Assembly (NCBI GenBank): GCA_965222605.1
Contig: OZ244960.1
Location: 96,001 to 160,000, forward strand
From: Candidatus Latescibacterota bacterium
GTDB lineage: Bacteria; Latescibacterota; UBA2968
Direction: 5' to 3'
DNA: 64,000 nt
A program made the translations under genes and the position numbers. This document shows, piece after piece, positions 30,144 to 39,613 of the stretch. The notes beneath the pieces are model-generated. The model saw only the letters and a program-made list of their open reading frames with translations. It ran no database searches and had not been told where the DNA came from. Within the stretch, counting starts at the first letter, position 1. Every line of letters begins with the position of its first letter.

Positions 30144-31486
30144 TATTTGCTCCGCCCTTCCACCGCATCCAGATACGCACCCTCAGCCTTCCATTCAACA
30201 TCGCCAAAGTCCTCTGGCCAATCCCCAAAAGCACCATCTTCATCCAAATCAGCACTCTGAATTGACGTCATTCCATCTTCATCACTACGCGAAAACCAGT
30301 GTAGCTTCACCAAATCGGGGTCGAGATTACGCTTCGCTACCAACGTCTGCACCTGTAATAACAACAACGCACTGTGTGTCTCCACGACCAACTTCACGCC
30401 GCGCTTCGCTGTCTCTGCCAAAATTTTTGCCAGTGCATATTGCGCTCGCGGGTGCAGGTGCAACTCTGGCTGTTCGAGATAAACTAGCTGCCCAGACTCT
30501 GCAACCAAAAGTGCGACAAGCACTGGCAATACTTGTGAAACGCCAAATCCAACGTCTGCGATACTTACGAGGTCGTCTGCCGACGTTGCTTGGGAGAGCC
30601 GTCCGACTTGTAATTCAATTTGCGCATCATTAACGACTTTGGCAAAAATTTTCCATGTTAGACCAAGGGCTATAAGCATATTTTCAAGACGTTTTACACG
30701 GTCATCTTCTTTTTGCTGCCAGTCTGCAATAATCGTGGCGACATAATTCTCAAATGTGCCTGGGAACTCAGGCCCTGTGGCAGTCCTGGGATAATCACGC
30801 TGAGGATTGCCGCGTAATCCAGGGACATGAATCAGGCCGCGCAGTGTTTCACTGATAATAAAAGAAGGTCCATCCAACCCGTAAAGTTCAGGAACAGAAG
30901 GTAAGACAAAATTACCCTTATCATCAAGAGGATCAAAATCAAGTAGGAGAAAACACCGGTTGCTAACAACCTTCAATCCTCCAGGCCATTCTATTCTTGC
31001 AGAAAGAAATTTTGAGATAGCGTTTTTTAAATGGTCCAAACTTTGGTTTGATTCCAAATGAAGAGAACGTTTATTTGTTTTAAAAATCATCTCTCGAATT
31101 TCAAGTGTTTGATTCTTTTTGAGAGAAAATACATTTTTAAGTATGAAGCTAGCTTTTACATTCTCTATTTCGACACTAAACTCCTGGCAATCAGAATTTT
31201 TTTGCATACGAGAGATGAGTTGGTCAAAAGAAGTGAAACTTACATTTGGGCCATTCAACAAAAGTGGTCCGGGGTCATAACTCGCTTCAAGGGTCTGCTT
31301 CATCAGCAACAGGGGTTGCATAGTACTCGATTTGCCAGAACTGTTTGCACCTGATAGGATCGTCAGCGGACGAATTTCAATCCGGCTCTCATTGGCAAGC
31401 GACTTGAACCCCTGCACGGAAATTGCAGTGATACCTTTATCTTGATCTTTTTTCGGATCATTTTTTGATATTCGCTGCTTTGCCAT
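30143..31486 (-). CDS. ABC/AAA_21-type ATPase (DUF3696-like C-terminus)
   Basis: GANSSGKSS, DVGFGVSQVLP, LEQPELHLHP, VETHS, WPEDF. Confidence 0.88.
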   Translation of the reverse strand: MAKQRISKNDPKKDQDKGITAISVQGFKSLANESRIEIRPLTILSGANSSGKSSTMQPLLLMKQTLEASYDPGPLLLNGPNVSFTSFDQLISRMQKNSDCQEFSVEIENVKASFILKNVFSLKKNQTLEIREMIFKTNKRSLHLESNQSLDHLKNAISKFLSARIEWPGGLKVVSNRCFLLLDFDPLDDKGNFVLPSVPELYGLDGPSFIISETLRGLIHVPGLRGNPQRDYPRTATGPEFPGTFENYVATIIADWQQKEDDRVKRLENMLIALGLTWKIFAKVVNDAQIELQVGRLSQATSADDLVSIADVGFGVSQVLPVLVALLVAESGQLVYLEQPELHLHPRAQYALAKILAETAKRGVKLVVETHSALLLLQVQTLVAKRNLDPDLVKLHWFSRSDEDGMTSIQSADLDEDGAFGDWPEDFGDVEWKAEGAYLDAVEGRSK

Positions 31487-31528
31487 CTTCAAACTCTTTA
31501 TCGGTGTTCATACTCGCTTCGCTACGTT

Positions 31529-31552
31529 GTAGGCTACCGCCTGTGCGGTGGT
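31529..31552 (+). repeat. GTAG-type REP-like palindrome
   Basis: GTAG-GCTACCGC-CTGT-GCGGTGGT, intergenic. Confidence 0.45.
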
Positions 31553-31569
31553 TGCTTTGAAGTCACACA

Positions 31570-32328
31570 TCACGACACTGGAAACGGCATCCCGACCTTT
31601 GCGAAATGCCCAAATTGATCTTTGCCGCGCAACACAACCGGCTGCCACGCCTGCTTGTGTGAATTGAGCGTGGCCTGTTTAACATGCGGGGGAATAAATC
31701 GCACAGTCAGCCCACATCGCCGTCGGTTTGACCGATTGGGATTGCTCGCGTGAAACAATTGTCCGTCGTGAACCGACATCTGCCCGGCCTTCAACACAAT
31801 ATCGACCGCCGCGCTATCATCGACATGTTCATCCGGGATCTCCTGGTTAATACTCAGCAAATTGCCTTCGCGCGCAGATTTGTCGTGTACTGCAATCCCT
31901 TTTTTATGCGATCTCGGAATAAAACGCATACACCCATTCTCCACATCCGCGTCATCAATGGCGATCCATGCCGTGTGAGCAATGGGTGGTTTAAGCCCCC
32001 AGTACGTAATATCCTGATGCCACGCCACAAATATCTTTGCCTCTGGATCGGGATATTTGCAAAAGAAATGGGTGGATAACAGCATCACATTGTCGCCCAT
32101 CACAGCCTGCATCACGTCTAAGATGCGCTTATCCGTTGCCAGTTGCCAGATAAATGCCTCGTCAAAATGCCGCCCCTGCAAACCGATCTGACATTTTTCC
32201 TTGCCTTCTCGCGCTTCCAATTCGTTGAATAACGCGCGAAAATGCCCTATCTCGCGTTCTGAGAACACATCGACTTTTGTCAAAAAACCCTGTCTTTTGT
32301 ATGTTTTGATCATAGAATCCAAAGGCAT
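31570..32328 (-). CDS. Phytanoyl-CoA dioxygenase (PhyH) family protein
   Basis: WHQD.TYW, ENGCMRFIPRSH, LKAGQMSVH...FHASNPN. Confidence 0.9.
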   Translation of the reverse strand: MPLDSMIKTYKRQGFLTKVDVFSEREIGHFRALFNELEAREGKEKCQIGLQGRHFDEAFIWQLATDKRILDVMQAVMGDNVMLLSTHFFCKYPDPEAKIFVAWHQDITYWGLKPPIAHTAWIAIDDADVENGCMRFIPRSHKKGIAVHDKSAREGNLLSINQEIPDEHVDDSAAVDIVLKAGQMSVHDGQLFHASNPNRSNRRRCGLTVRFIPPHVKQATLNSHKQAWQPVVLRGKDQFGHFAKVGMPFPVS

Positions 32329-32541
32329 GGTGCATTCCTTTCGTGAGCAATGGTGAATTGCATATAAACTATGAGGAATATCCCACACGCGCAACCCGTT
32401 TTCCAAACTCGCCTCATCTCTTGCCCCAGCACTTCTACAAAAAAGAACCGGTTCAAAAGCGACGCCACGCGGAATTTAGCCAATATATTACCCACGCAGT
32501 ATTCGCATATCAAACCGGCTTTTAACCGTTTTATCACCTGT

Positions 32542-33414
32542 TCAGACGCCGAGCTCGCGCAAAAAGGATGGACTCAGCGTACCGCGTGCCACCTCCGCCA
32601 CAGGTCCTGCCATTGTCAGATTAAACTCTTCATCTACATCGATCATCAACGTCCCTCCTGGTGCTTCTACCGTCACAGGGGATGTGACCAGTCCCAAACG
32701 CACCGCAGCACTTGCAGCAGCACATGACGAAGACCCCGACGCCTGCGTTTCACCTGCGCCGCGTTCCCAGATCAGAATGAAAATTTTCTGGTCACCTGTG
32801 GGCACGACCAACTGCACATTGGTTCGCCTCGGAAAAATCTCGTGGTTCTCCAACTCGGGTCCCAGACGCAACAAATCATCGCGCGACCATGCCTGCCCCC
32901 TGGGCTTAAACACCACACAATGGGGATTGCCCACGCTCACACCTGTAAATACCATATCTTCACCAGCAGCGGTAATCGGCTGTTCGATCAGTTCTTCCAC
33001 CTCGAACGAACAGGGCAATGCCGCTGGCTCAAACGTCGCCTGCCCCATATCCACAGTCGCCGCACTCGCATCGCCCCATTCGTCGATATGCAAATCAATA
33101 TGAACCAGTCCCCCCGGTGTATCGACTGAAAATGACGTTTTTGTCGTTTTTCCAATAGCATACAAATACCGCGCAAAAATCCTCAGCCCATTGCCCGATT
33201 TCTCCGCCTCACTACCATCTGGATTCCATATCCGCAACCCAAAATCCGCGCGGTCAGACGCTTCCAATGTCAATATGCCATCACTCCCCACCCCCCAATT
33301 GCGATCACAAATTTTCTCAATGCGCTCTGGCGTCAATTCAAACGTCAGATCTTTTGGATCCATCACCAGATAATCATTGCCCAACCCATGTCCCTTAAAA
33401 AATCCGTTCTCCAT
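32542..33414 (-). CDS. dapF: Diaminopimelate epimerase
   Basis: KGHGLGNDY, NPDGSEAEKSGNGLR, VGNPHCV, WERGAGETQASGSS. Confidence 0.92.
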   Translation of the reverse strand: MENGFFKGHGLGNDYLVMDPKDLTFELTPERIEKICDRNWGVGSDGILTLEASDRADFGLRIWNPDGSEAEKSGNGLRIFARYLYAIGKTTKTSFSVDTPGGLVHIDLHIDEWGDASAATVDMGQATFEPAALPCSFEVEELIEQPITAAGEDMVFTGVSVGNPHCVVFKPRGQAWSRDDLLRLGPELENHEIFPRRTNVQLVVPTGDQKIFILIWERGAGETQASGSSSCAAASAAVRLGLVTSPVTVEAPGGTLMIDVDEEFNLTMAGPVAEVARGTLSPSFLRELGV

Positions 33415-33443
33415 AATTGCTCCTGTTTTTTCATCTAAAAATC

Positions 33444-34742
33444 CTAACTAACGATCACCGCGATCCGATGCACCGAATTATTGAGATACCCCTTCGAATT
33501 CCATACAATGGCGTGTGGCTGACTGACGCCTTGCGAATCGGTCGCCCTTGCCCAGATCTCGTAATATCCCGCTTTGGGAAACGCGATCTTCGCCCGCCAG
33601 TTCTGCCATGCATACTCATTCACCGGCTCATCGAGCTTTGTATCAATCCATGTTGCACCAAAGTCGATTGACAGACGAACAGAATCAACCTTCCTATCAT
33701 CTCCCGCCCAGGCATGCCCGCGCACTTCCAGAGTCCTCCCAGCCATCCTGTGACCAGTAGCCGGATTGGTAATTAACGACTTGACTCGCATAGCGTGGAT
33801 GATTTCGAAGTCCTTCTCTTCTACCTTTTCCCCAGGCGCAACCATCCGATTGGGTACTCGATAATCCATTCCCGTCATCTTCGGACCATCGTGAACCTGA
33901 TCTCGGAGCCAGATGCGGGTCAGCCATTTCTGCGAGCATGATCCCGACCAACCGGGAATGATCAGACGCAACGGCGCACCGTTCATGGGATGGATCGGTT
34001 TGCCATTCTGGGCAAAAGCGATGAGGTTATGCTCGTCCATCGCCTTCTCAATCGGCACCCCACGCGAGATGGGAACCCGGTCTTCCTCACCAGAAACATG
34101 GGTATCGACACCCACATGCGCGGTATAGATCACATTGTCTTTCACCCCAGCAGCCTTGAGAACATCTGCTAAGCGAACGCCGGTCCACTCGGAGCACGCC
34201 ACAGCGCCATAGGTCCACTGACTACCGTCCGCAGGAGGATGAAAAAAGGCGCGACCATTGCCGCCACACTCCACTGCCAGTGCCCTATTAACGACTTCAA
34301 ATCGCTGTTTGAGATCGTCAATGCTAAGTGCCATGGGAGTATCCACCAGGCCATCAATCGTCAACATCCAGCCCACAGCATCCGTATTCTCTGGCGGAAT
34401 GCCATTGTTGCGAATAAAATGCCTCTCTGTCGGAGTAATAGCGTCATCGAGCAAGTGAGGTGGCGTTTCGGCATTCAATGGCCGCTCATTGAGCACGGTC
34501 AAGCCATCTTTACCCTGAATAATATCCTCCGCCGCAAGCGCGACAGGGATAAAATGAGCCGGAATATTTCGATGAAACGGGATCGCTGCCCCAACCATTG
34601 CCCCCATCACCGCCAACCCGGCCTTCTTCAAAAATCCCCGCCTGTCGGAATACGTCTCGCGACCAAACAATAAGTAATCAGCCTTATCGGGATCGCTCTG
34701 ATACAGTTCGAACAATCCCCGTTCTGTCGTGTTCTTGTGCAT
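33444..34742 (-). CDS. Sulfite oxidase family molybdoenzyme (SoxC/SorA-like), Tat motif
   Basis: RRGFLKK, PLNAETP, ECGGNGR (Mo-Cys), WTGVRL, G.PLRL, dimerisation domain. Confidence 0.9.
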   Translation of the reverse strand: MHKNTTERGLFELYQSDPDKADYLLFGRETYSDRRGFLKKAGLAVMGAMVGAAIPFHRNIPAHFIPVALAAEDIIQGKDGLTVLNERPLNAETPPHLLDDAITPTERHFIRNNGIPPENTDAVGWMLTIDGLVDTPMALSIDDLKQRFEVVNRALAVECGGNGRAFFHPPADGSQWTYGAVACSEWTGVRLADVLKAAGVKDNVIYTAHVGVDTHVSGEEDRVPISRGVPIEKAMDEHNLIAFAQNGKPIHPMNGAPLRLIIPGWSGSCSQKWLTRIWLRDQVHDGPKMTGMDYRVPNRMVAPGEKVEEKDFEIIHAMRVKSLITNPATGHRMAGRTLEVRGHAWAGDDRKVDSVRLSIDFGATWIDTKLDEPVNEYAWQNWRAKIAFPKAGYYEIWARATDSQGVSQPHAIVWNSKGYLNNSVHRIAVIVS

Positions 34743-34808
34743 TTTTTCTACCTATTCATCTATTCATCACGCACGAGAGGTCAATCAACCCATCCTCGCC
34801 GACACCCG

Positions 34809-35021
34809 TCACACCAGCATCAACCGCTCGCCTTTGGGTTCCGGTATTGGATCACCAAACTCTTTTGCGGTATCAATCCAGAGGGCTATCGCTTGATTGA
34901 CGTTCTTGAGAGCGGCTACTTGCGTATCACCATGAGCCATGCATCCGGGAAGCTCGGGTACTTCAGCCACAAAAGCATCATCCGCATTGCTCCAATAGAG
35001 AATAATTTCGTACTTGTACAC
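34809..35021 (-). CDS. HicB family antitoxin (orphan)
   Basis: AEVPELPGCMAHGDT..AL...AIALWI...GDPIPEP. Confidence 0.88.
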   Translation of the reverse strand: MYKYEIILYWSNADDAFVAEVPELPGCMAHGDTQVAALKNVNQAIALWIDTAKEFGDPIPEPKGERLMLV

Positions 35022-35130
35022 AATTCATCCTCCTCCATTCAGATCACGCGATACACCTGAATCACCCTAATAGAGTTGCGCGTATCCACTATCATTTGCA
35101 TCAATCGAGTTCAATATTCACTACAGCGGT

Positions 35131-35775
35131 TCAATCTTTATTCTCCAACGACTCCAAGCGCGTCACCCATTTGCTAAATCGAGGGCATGCAGCGCGAATT
35201 GTGTCCAAACCTATCTCTATTGCTATAAGGGAACCATTAACGACCTTCTCGTACTGAGGTATAATCTTCACAATCCGTTTGCTCGGCGCCGTTTCACTGT
35301 TATCATTAATATCCTCAGGAGTCGGAAACTTTGCACAGATACTCTGCAATTCTTTAATAGACTTTTTCGACGCATCAATCGCATTTGCAAAAGCATCTAC
35401 ATTCGAGAATAACAGGCCTTCGAACTCATATTGTTGGACATAGGGAAGCACCTTTTCTGGATGCCAACGGGTACCGAGTTTCTTGCGAATTTGTTGAGTC
35501 ATATCTTTTTCTAAATCATTGACCGTCTTATCGCCTTTGCCACTAAACCCGTAGAAATCGACAAGCGACGTCACAGCATCGAAGGAGCGGAGTAAATAGG
35601 CCATTTCTGACACGAGTCGATCCATCGAAACATTTCCGCCGATAGCCCTCCCACGAGCGCGGCCAAGCAGAATTGGTGTCGATACTACTTCACTTTTCCG
35701 CAGATGGTCTGCAAGCACATTTTTGACGAATTCCTCTTCGGTTCGGCCCTCCACTGATATGGCGAGTCGTATCAC
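35131..35775 (-). CDS. DUF4276 family protein
   Basis: ISVEGRTEEEF, DFYG, YEFEGLLFS, PEDIND..TAPSKR, CPRF; start probably GTG overlapping the ATPase stop. Confidence 0.85.
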   Translation of the reverse strand: MIRLAISVEGRTEEEFVKNVLADHLRKSEVVSTPILLGRARGRAIGGNVSMDRLVSEMAYLLRSFDAVTSLVDFYGFSGKGDKTVNDLEKDMTQQIRKKLGTRWHPEKVLPYVQQYEFEGLLFSNVDAFANAIDASKKSIKELQSICAKFPTPEDINDNSETAPSKRIVKIIPQYEKVVNGSLIAIEIGLDTIRAACPRFSKWVTRLESLENKD

Positions 35776-36923
35776 GGGCGTCCTCCGAGCAGGTTCTTCT
35801 GCCAAAGTTCACCTGAGGTGAAGCTTTCGTCGAGCCATACGCGATAGGCCTCCTGTGTCAGTCTTTTGCGAAACTCAGTGCGCCCATCCTCCATATCCAA
35901 CACAAAGATCTCATTAAGATCGAACGCATCAACAAGCAAGGGCGATTGCGTAGCTACAATGACCTGTCTTTCCCTGGCAAGGGCCTTTATCATACCTCCA
36001 ATCAAGGCGATGGCTGCCGGATGCAGGCCCAGTTCTGGCTCATCTAACAGAAGGACATCGGGTAACATCTCCGATGGAAGATTGAGCAGGGTTACCAGAG
36101 CGAAGAACCGCAGCGAACCGTCGGACGTGAGGTGCGCGCCAAAGGTCTTGTCTGTTTTCTCAGACTTCCATCTCAGCAATACTTTTCCATAGTTCTCCTC
36201 AATCACAAAACGATCAAAGCCCGGCAGAATCCGGCTAATGTGCTGACATATCCGATCATATCGCTTGATGTCTTCCCGCTCCAACCGGTGCAGCACGGCC
36301 GCCAGATTGCCCCCGTGGCTGAGGAGATGATTGTTGTCCTCCACATCCCAGCTCGTTTTGAAGTTTGAACCATCGGAAGTATCGTGAAACTGATATACCG
36401 AACAACTCCGCAACAGGCTAACGATGAACTGGGTGGTAAAGCGATAATTCGCCAAAGGCGCGTGGGGTGGTATCTCCTCAACTATCTTTGCTTCTGTGTG
36501 ACCGCTTCCGAGATGTTGCCAGTCTTCGTTCGTGGGGCCACGAAATGCCTCTTCCGTGAATATAAGACGGTCAGGCTGAGCCCAAGCAAGCGAAATCCGA
36601 TAATCGTACCGGACTGATGAGGTTCGCATAGTTATCGGCTCGATAGCTGTGGTTCGCATAGTTACCGTGGCACTCATTTCCGGACTACGCCTTCTGCCAC
36701 CAAACAACTGATCGTCGGCTCCTCCTTGCATCGCGACGAACTCACCGAGTCTGCGAGGCCCAAGCATCCAACTCAGCATTTCGAAAAAGCGAATAAAATT
36801 GGACTTGCCTGAACCATTGGCACCAATTAAGACCGCCGCTTTGGGAATTCCCAAAAGCTCGACATCTGCTAATGACCGGAACCCCTGAATACGGATCTGA
36901 TCTATGAAGGTTGCTTTATTCAT
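35772..36923 (-). CDS. ABC/AAA_21-type (SMC-like) ATPase
   Basis: GANGSGKSN, SDGSLRF, LDEPELGLHP, ATQS, GELWQKNLLGGRP. Confidence 0.9.
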   Translation of the reverse strand: MNKATFIDQIRIQGFRSLADVELLGIPKAAVLIGANGSGKSNFIRFFEMLSWMLGPRRLGEFVAMQGGADDQLFGGRRRSPEMSATVTMRTTAIEPITMRTSSVRYDYRISLAWAQPDRLIFTEEAFRGPTNEDWQHLGSGHTEAKIVEEIPPHAPLANYRFTTQFIVSLLRSCSVYQFHDTSDGSNFKTSWDVEDNNHLLSHGGNLAAVLHRLEREDIKRYDRICQHISRILPGFDRFVIEENYGKVLLRWKSEKTDKTFGAHLTSDGSLRFFALVTLLNLPSEMLPDVLLLDEPELGLHPAAIALIGGMIKALARERQVIVATQSPLLVDAFDLNEIFVLDMEDGRTEFRKRLTQEAYRVWLDESFTSGELWQKNLLGGRP

Positions 36924-36995
36924 CGCATATTCTCCCTATACGGAAGCTTCCAGTAGCACATCAGTCAAAGAGAAGTCTCATTGCTTATCACATCA

Positions 36996-37292
36996 TCAAA
37001 CCGTCGGCTGTAGCTCATAACGCTTGACCTTAATCTGGTCTTCTCTCTTACGCGCTTGCACCAGATTATAAGCTGTCTGACGACGCAGCCAGAATTCAGC
37101 ATTAGACCATCCGGCCTTCTCAAGCCGAATAGCCATCTCCGGAGAAATAGCCGCATGACCATTCAGTACGCGAGAAAGCGTATGACGGGCTACACCCAAC
37201 ACCTTTGCTGCTTCGGTAATATTCAGACCGAGGGGTTCCAGACAGTTTTCTTTAATACTGAGACCGGGATGAGGTGGATTCTTCAGAGCCAT
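36996..37292 (-). CDS. higA: HigA family antitoxin
   Basis: [23 protein letters not shown]. Confidence 0.9.
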   Translation of the reverse strand: MALKNPPHPGLSIKENCLEPLGLNITEAAKVLGVARHTLSRVLNGHAAISPEMAIRLEKAGWSNAEFWLRRQTAYNLVQARKREDQIKVKRYELQPTV

Positions 37293-37306
37293 GGCGTCAC
37301 CTCTTA

Positions 37307-37378
37307 TTAGTGATAATCAACCAAATTGACATCGTACACATCTTCTTCAAAGCGAAAGATGATCCGCCAGTTGGCGAA
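37307..37378 (-). pseudogene. higB: C-terminal remnant of HigB toxin
   Basis: [21 protein letters not shown] directly upstream of higA; sequence further upstream is not HigB-like. Confidence 0.75.
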
Positions 37379-37523
37379 AAACGTACCGTATATCGGTACG
37401 CGTGTCAATAGCGAAATCAATACATGCATACTCCCTACTTCAAGACCTCGCTCACCATTAAAACATATCATATTGGCAAAAATATAATAAATGATTATTT
37501 TTCTAAGTGCCAAAGGAGAAACA

Positions 37524-38657
37524 ATGTCTGGTAAAAATTACATTGCCGCGAATATCGCCCGGCTGCGGCTGGATCGGCAGTTGACCCAAGAGGAACTCGC
37601 CCGAAAGGCGGGCCTCTCGCGGATGGCACTCGGAAATATCGAGCGCGGCACTGTCGTCCCACGCGCCCGGACCCTCACCGCTCTTGGGAAAGCACTACGG
37701 GTTCCGGTCAGCGGTCTCGTGATGCCTGTGCGGCCTCTCGAGACCGTGCGATTTCGATCCCAGGCACGGGTTCATGCTCGGGCACAGATCCTGGCCGAAG
37801 TCGCAAAGTGGCTCGACGCCTACACCCAGATCGAAGCCGACCTCAATGCGTTGTGCCCCTTCCAGTTTGAGACCGTTAGCACTCAGTCCAGAAGCCCGAT
37901 AGAAACCGCACAGGCCGCGCGCAAAGCCATTGGATTCGGCCGAGAAGAGCCAGTGCGCGACATCTGTGGACTGCTTGAAAATAATGGCGTGAAGCTTTTG
38001 CTTCTCGAAAGAAAAAGTGATTCTTTCTTCGGGTTGAGCGTCGGCGGGGGGGATGGCGGCCCCGCCGTAGTGGTCAATACCTGGGATCGCATCTCAGTAG
38101 AGCGCTGGATATTCACCGCAGCACATGAACTCGGGCATCTATTGCTCCACCCCACCCAATATCAGCGCGACGTTACCGAACTCCCCGTGCAGGCAGAGCG
38201 CGAGGCCGATGCCTTTGCGAGTCACTTTCTAATGCCAGAAGCGGGTTTTGCGCCAGAATGGGAAGAAACCCGAGGACACCCGCTCCTCGTCCGCGTCCTC
38301 AAAGTCAAACGCATCTTTCGGGTGAGTTACAAAACCGTGCTCTATCGGCTGGTCGAATCGGGTCGTGAAACCTCAGGCATTTGGCGTACATTCCAGCGCC
38401 AGCATCGCCACTATTTCGGTAAGACCCTGCGAAAAACCGAGGAGCCTATGGCACTCGATAAGAGCGAATTTGCCTGGAACTGGAGCCGCTCTGGTGAGCC
38501 TGAGGGTCTCTCGCGACATGATTTCGTAGAAGATCGCCTCTTGCGGCTCGTGCGACAGGCGCTCGAGCAGGAGCACATCTCACTCGGACGTGCCGCCGAG
38601 ATTCTGGAGCTAAGTCGTGAAGAAATGAGAAGGTATGCGCGCGAGTGGGTGGGGTAA
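37524..38657 (+). CDS. XRE HTH fused to ImmA/IrrE metallopeptidase
   Basis: LTQEELA...IERG HTH; FTAAHELGHL, EREADAFASHFLMP. Confidence 0.92.
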   Translation: MSGKNYIAANIARLRLDRQLTQEELARKAGLSRMALGNIERGTVVPRARTLTALGKALRVPVSGLVMPVRPLETVRFRSQARVHARAQILAEVAKWLDAYTQIEADLNALCPFQFETVSTQSRSPIETAQAARKAIGFGREEPVRDICGLLENNGVKLLLLERKSDSFFGLSVGGGDGGPAVVVNTWDRISVERWIFTAAHELGHLLLHPTQYQRDVTELPVQAEREADAFASHFLMPEAGFAPEWEETRGHPLLVRVLKVKRIFRVSYKTVLYRLVESGRETSGIWRTFQRQHRHYFGKTLRKTEEPMALDKSEFAWNWSRSGEPEGLSRHDFVEDRLLRLVRQALEQEHISLGRAAEILELSREEMRRYAREWVG

Positions 38658-38676
38658 ATAGCGATGGTTCAGACCG

Positions 38677-39579
38677 TTATTTCATCACACCAAACAGCGC
38701 GAAGGAGAAATTTGGTGCTGGATCGACCAGGTCGCTTCTGTCCTTTAGATAACGGCGTTTTTGCTCCTCGGACAGAATGGTCTCTATCTCCACAAAGCCA
38801 AATTGCGACATCTCGTCATTCAATTCCTCGGGCGCAAACACAGACAACATCGGCTCCCCGCGACGAGCCACGAATCGGTCCAACTTGTCGGCGAAAGGCA
38901 AGCTCTCTGCGGGAATAAGATGCCTGGCGAGCTTATAATCAAAAACAATGCGACTGCCCGGCGCGGCAACATCTGCAACGCGACCAAGTGTCTCCCGTAT
39001 CGCGTCCTTCGTAAGATAATAAGTCGTTCCCAACCATGAAAAAAAGGCAGGCTTCTGCGGATCGAAACCAGCCAGAATAAGTGCCTCATTTAGCTGGTCG
39101 GTCTCAAAATCAATAGGGACAAATACCAGATTGGGCGGAACATCGCCGTTGACCGCGCGCATCTGTTTCTCTTTCGTCGCCTGGGTCGCGGGGTGATCCA
39201 ACTCGAATATCCGCACGCTATCTGCAAGTTCCTTGTGGCGCATGGAAAACGTATCGAGACCAGCACCGAGGATCACATACTGTCCAACGCCCGCCGATAT
39301 CGCCTCCATGAGACGGTCTTCGGCATATCTGGCTCTCACAATCACCTCGGTGTGTATGGGACGGAACAAGTGGAACACCTTGTGAACAACGAACCAGCCA
39401 AGCAGTCTGTTCTTAGCGATCACACGCCAGACAAACGGCACCATGTCAACCGCATAATCATCGGCAAAAACCGGGGATTTGCTCTGCTGCTGATGATACG
39501 CACGTACAGCAGCCGCGAGAATCGCCGTCTTGCTCGACCTGTGCTTGTGTGCGGATATTCCAGATTGAAGTGAAGACAT
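38677..39579 (-). CDS. SAM-dependent methyltransferase (LCM family)
   Basis: QYVILGAGLDTF, FELDHPATQ, WLGTTYYL. Confidence 0.9.
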   Translation of the reverse strand: MSSLQSGISAHKHRSSKTAILAAAVRAYHQQQSKSPVFADDYAVDMVPFVWRVIAKNRLLGWFVVHKVFHLFRPIHTEVIVRARYAEDRLMEAISAGVGQYVILGAGLDTFSMRHKELADSVRIFELDHPATQATKEKQMRAVNGDVPPNLVFVPIDFETDQLNEALILAGFDPQKPAFFSWLGTTYYLTKDAIRETLGRVADVAAPGSRIVFDYKLARHLIPAESLPFADKLDRFVARRGEPMLSVFAPEELNDEMSQFGFVEIETILSEEQKRRYLKDRSDLVDPAPNFSFALFGVMK

Positions 39580-39613
39580 GAAATTGGACTCCTTCGTTCA
39601 CTCTCAGCCCTGC

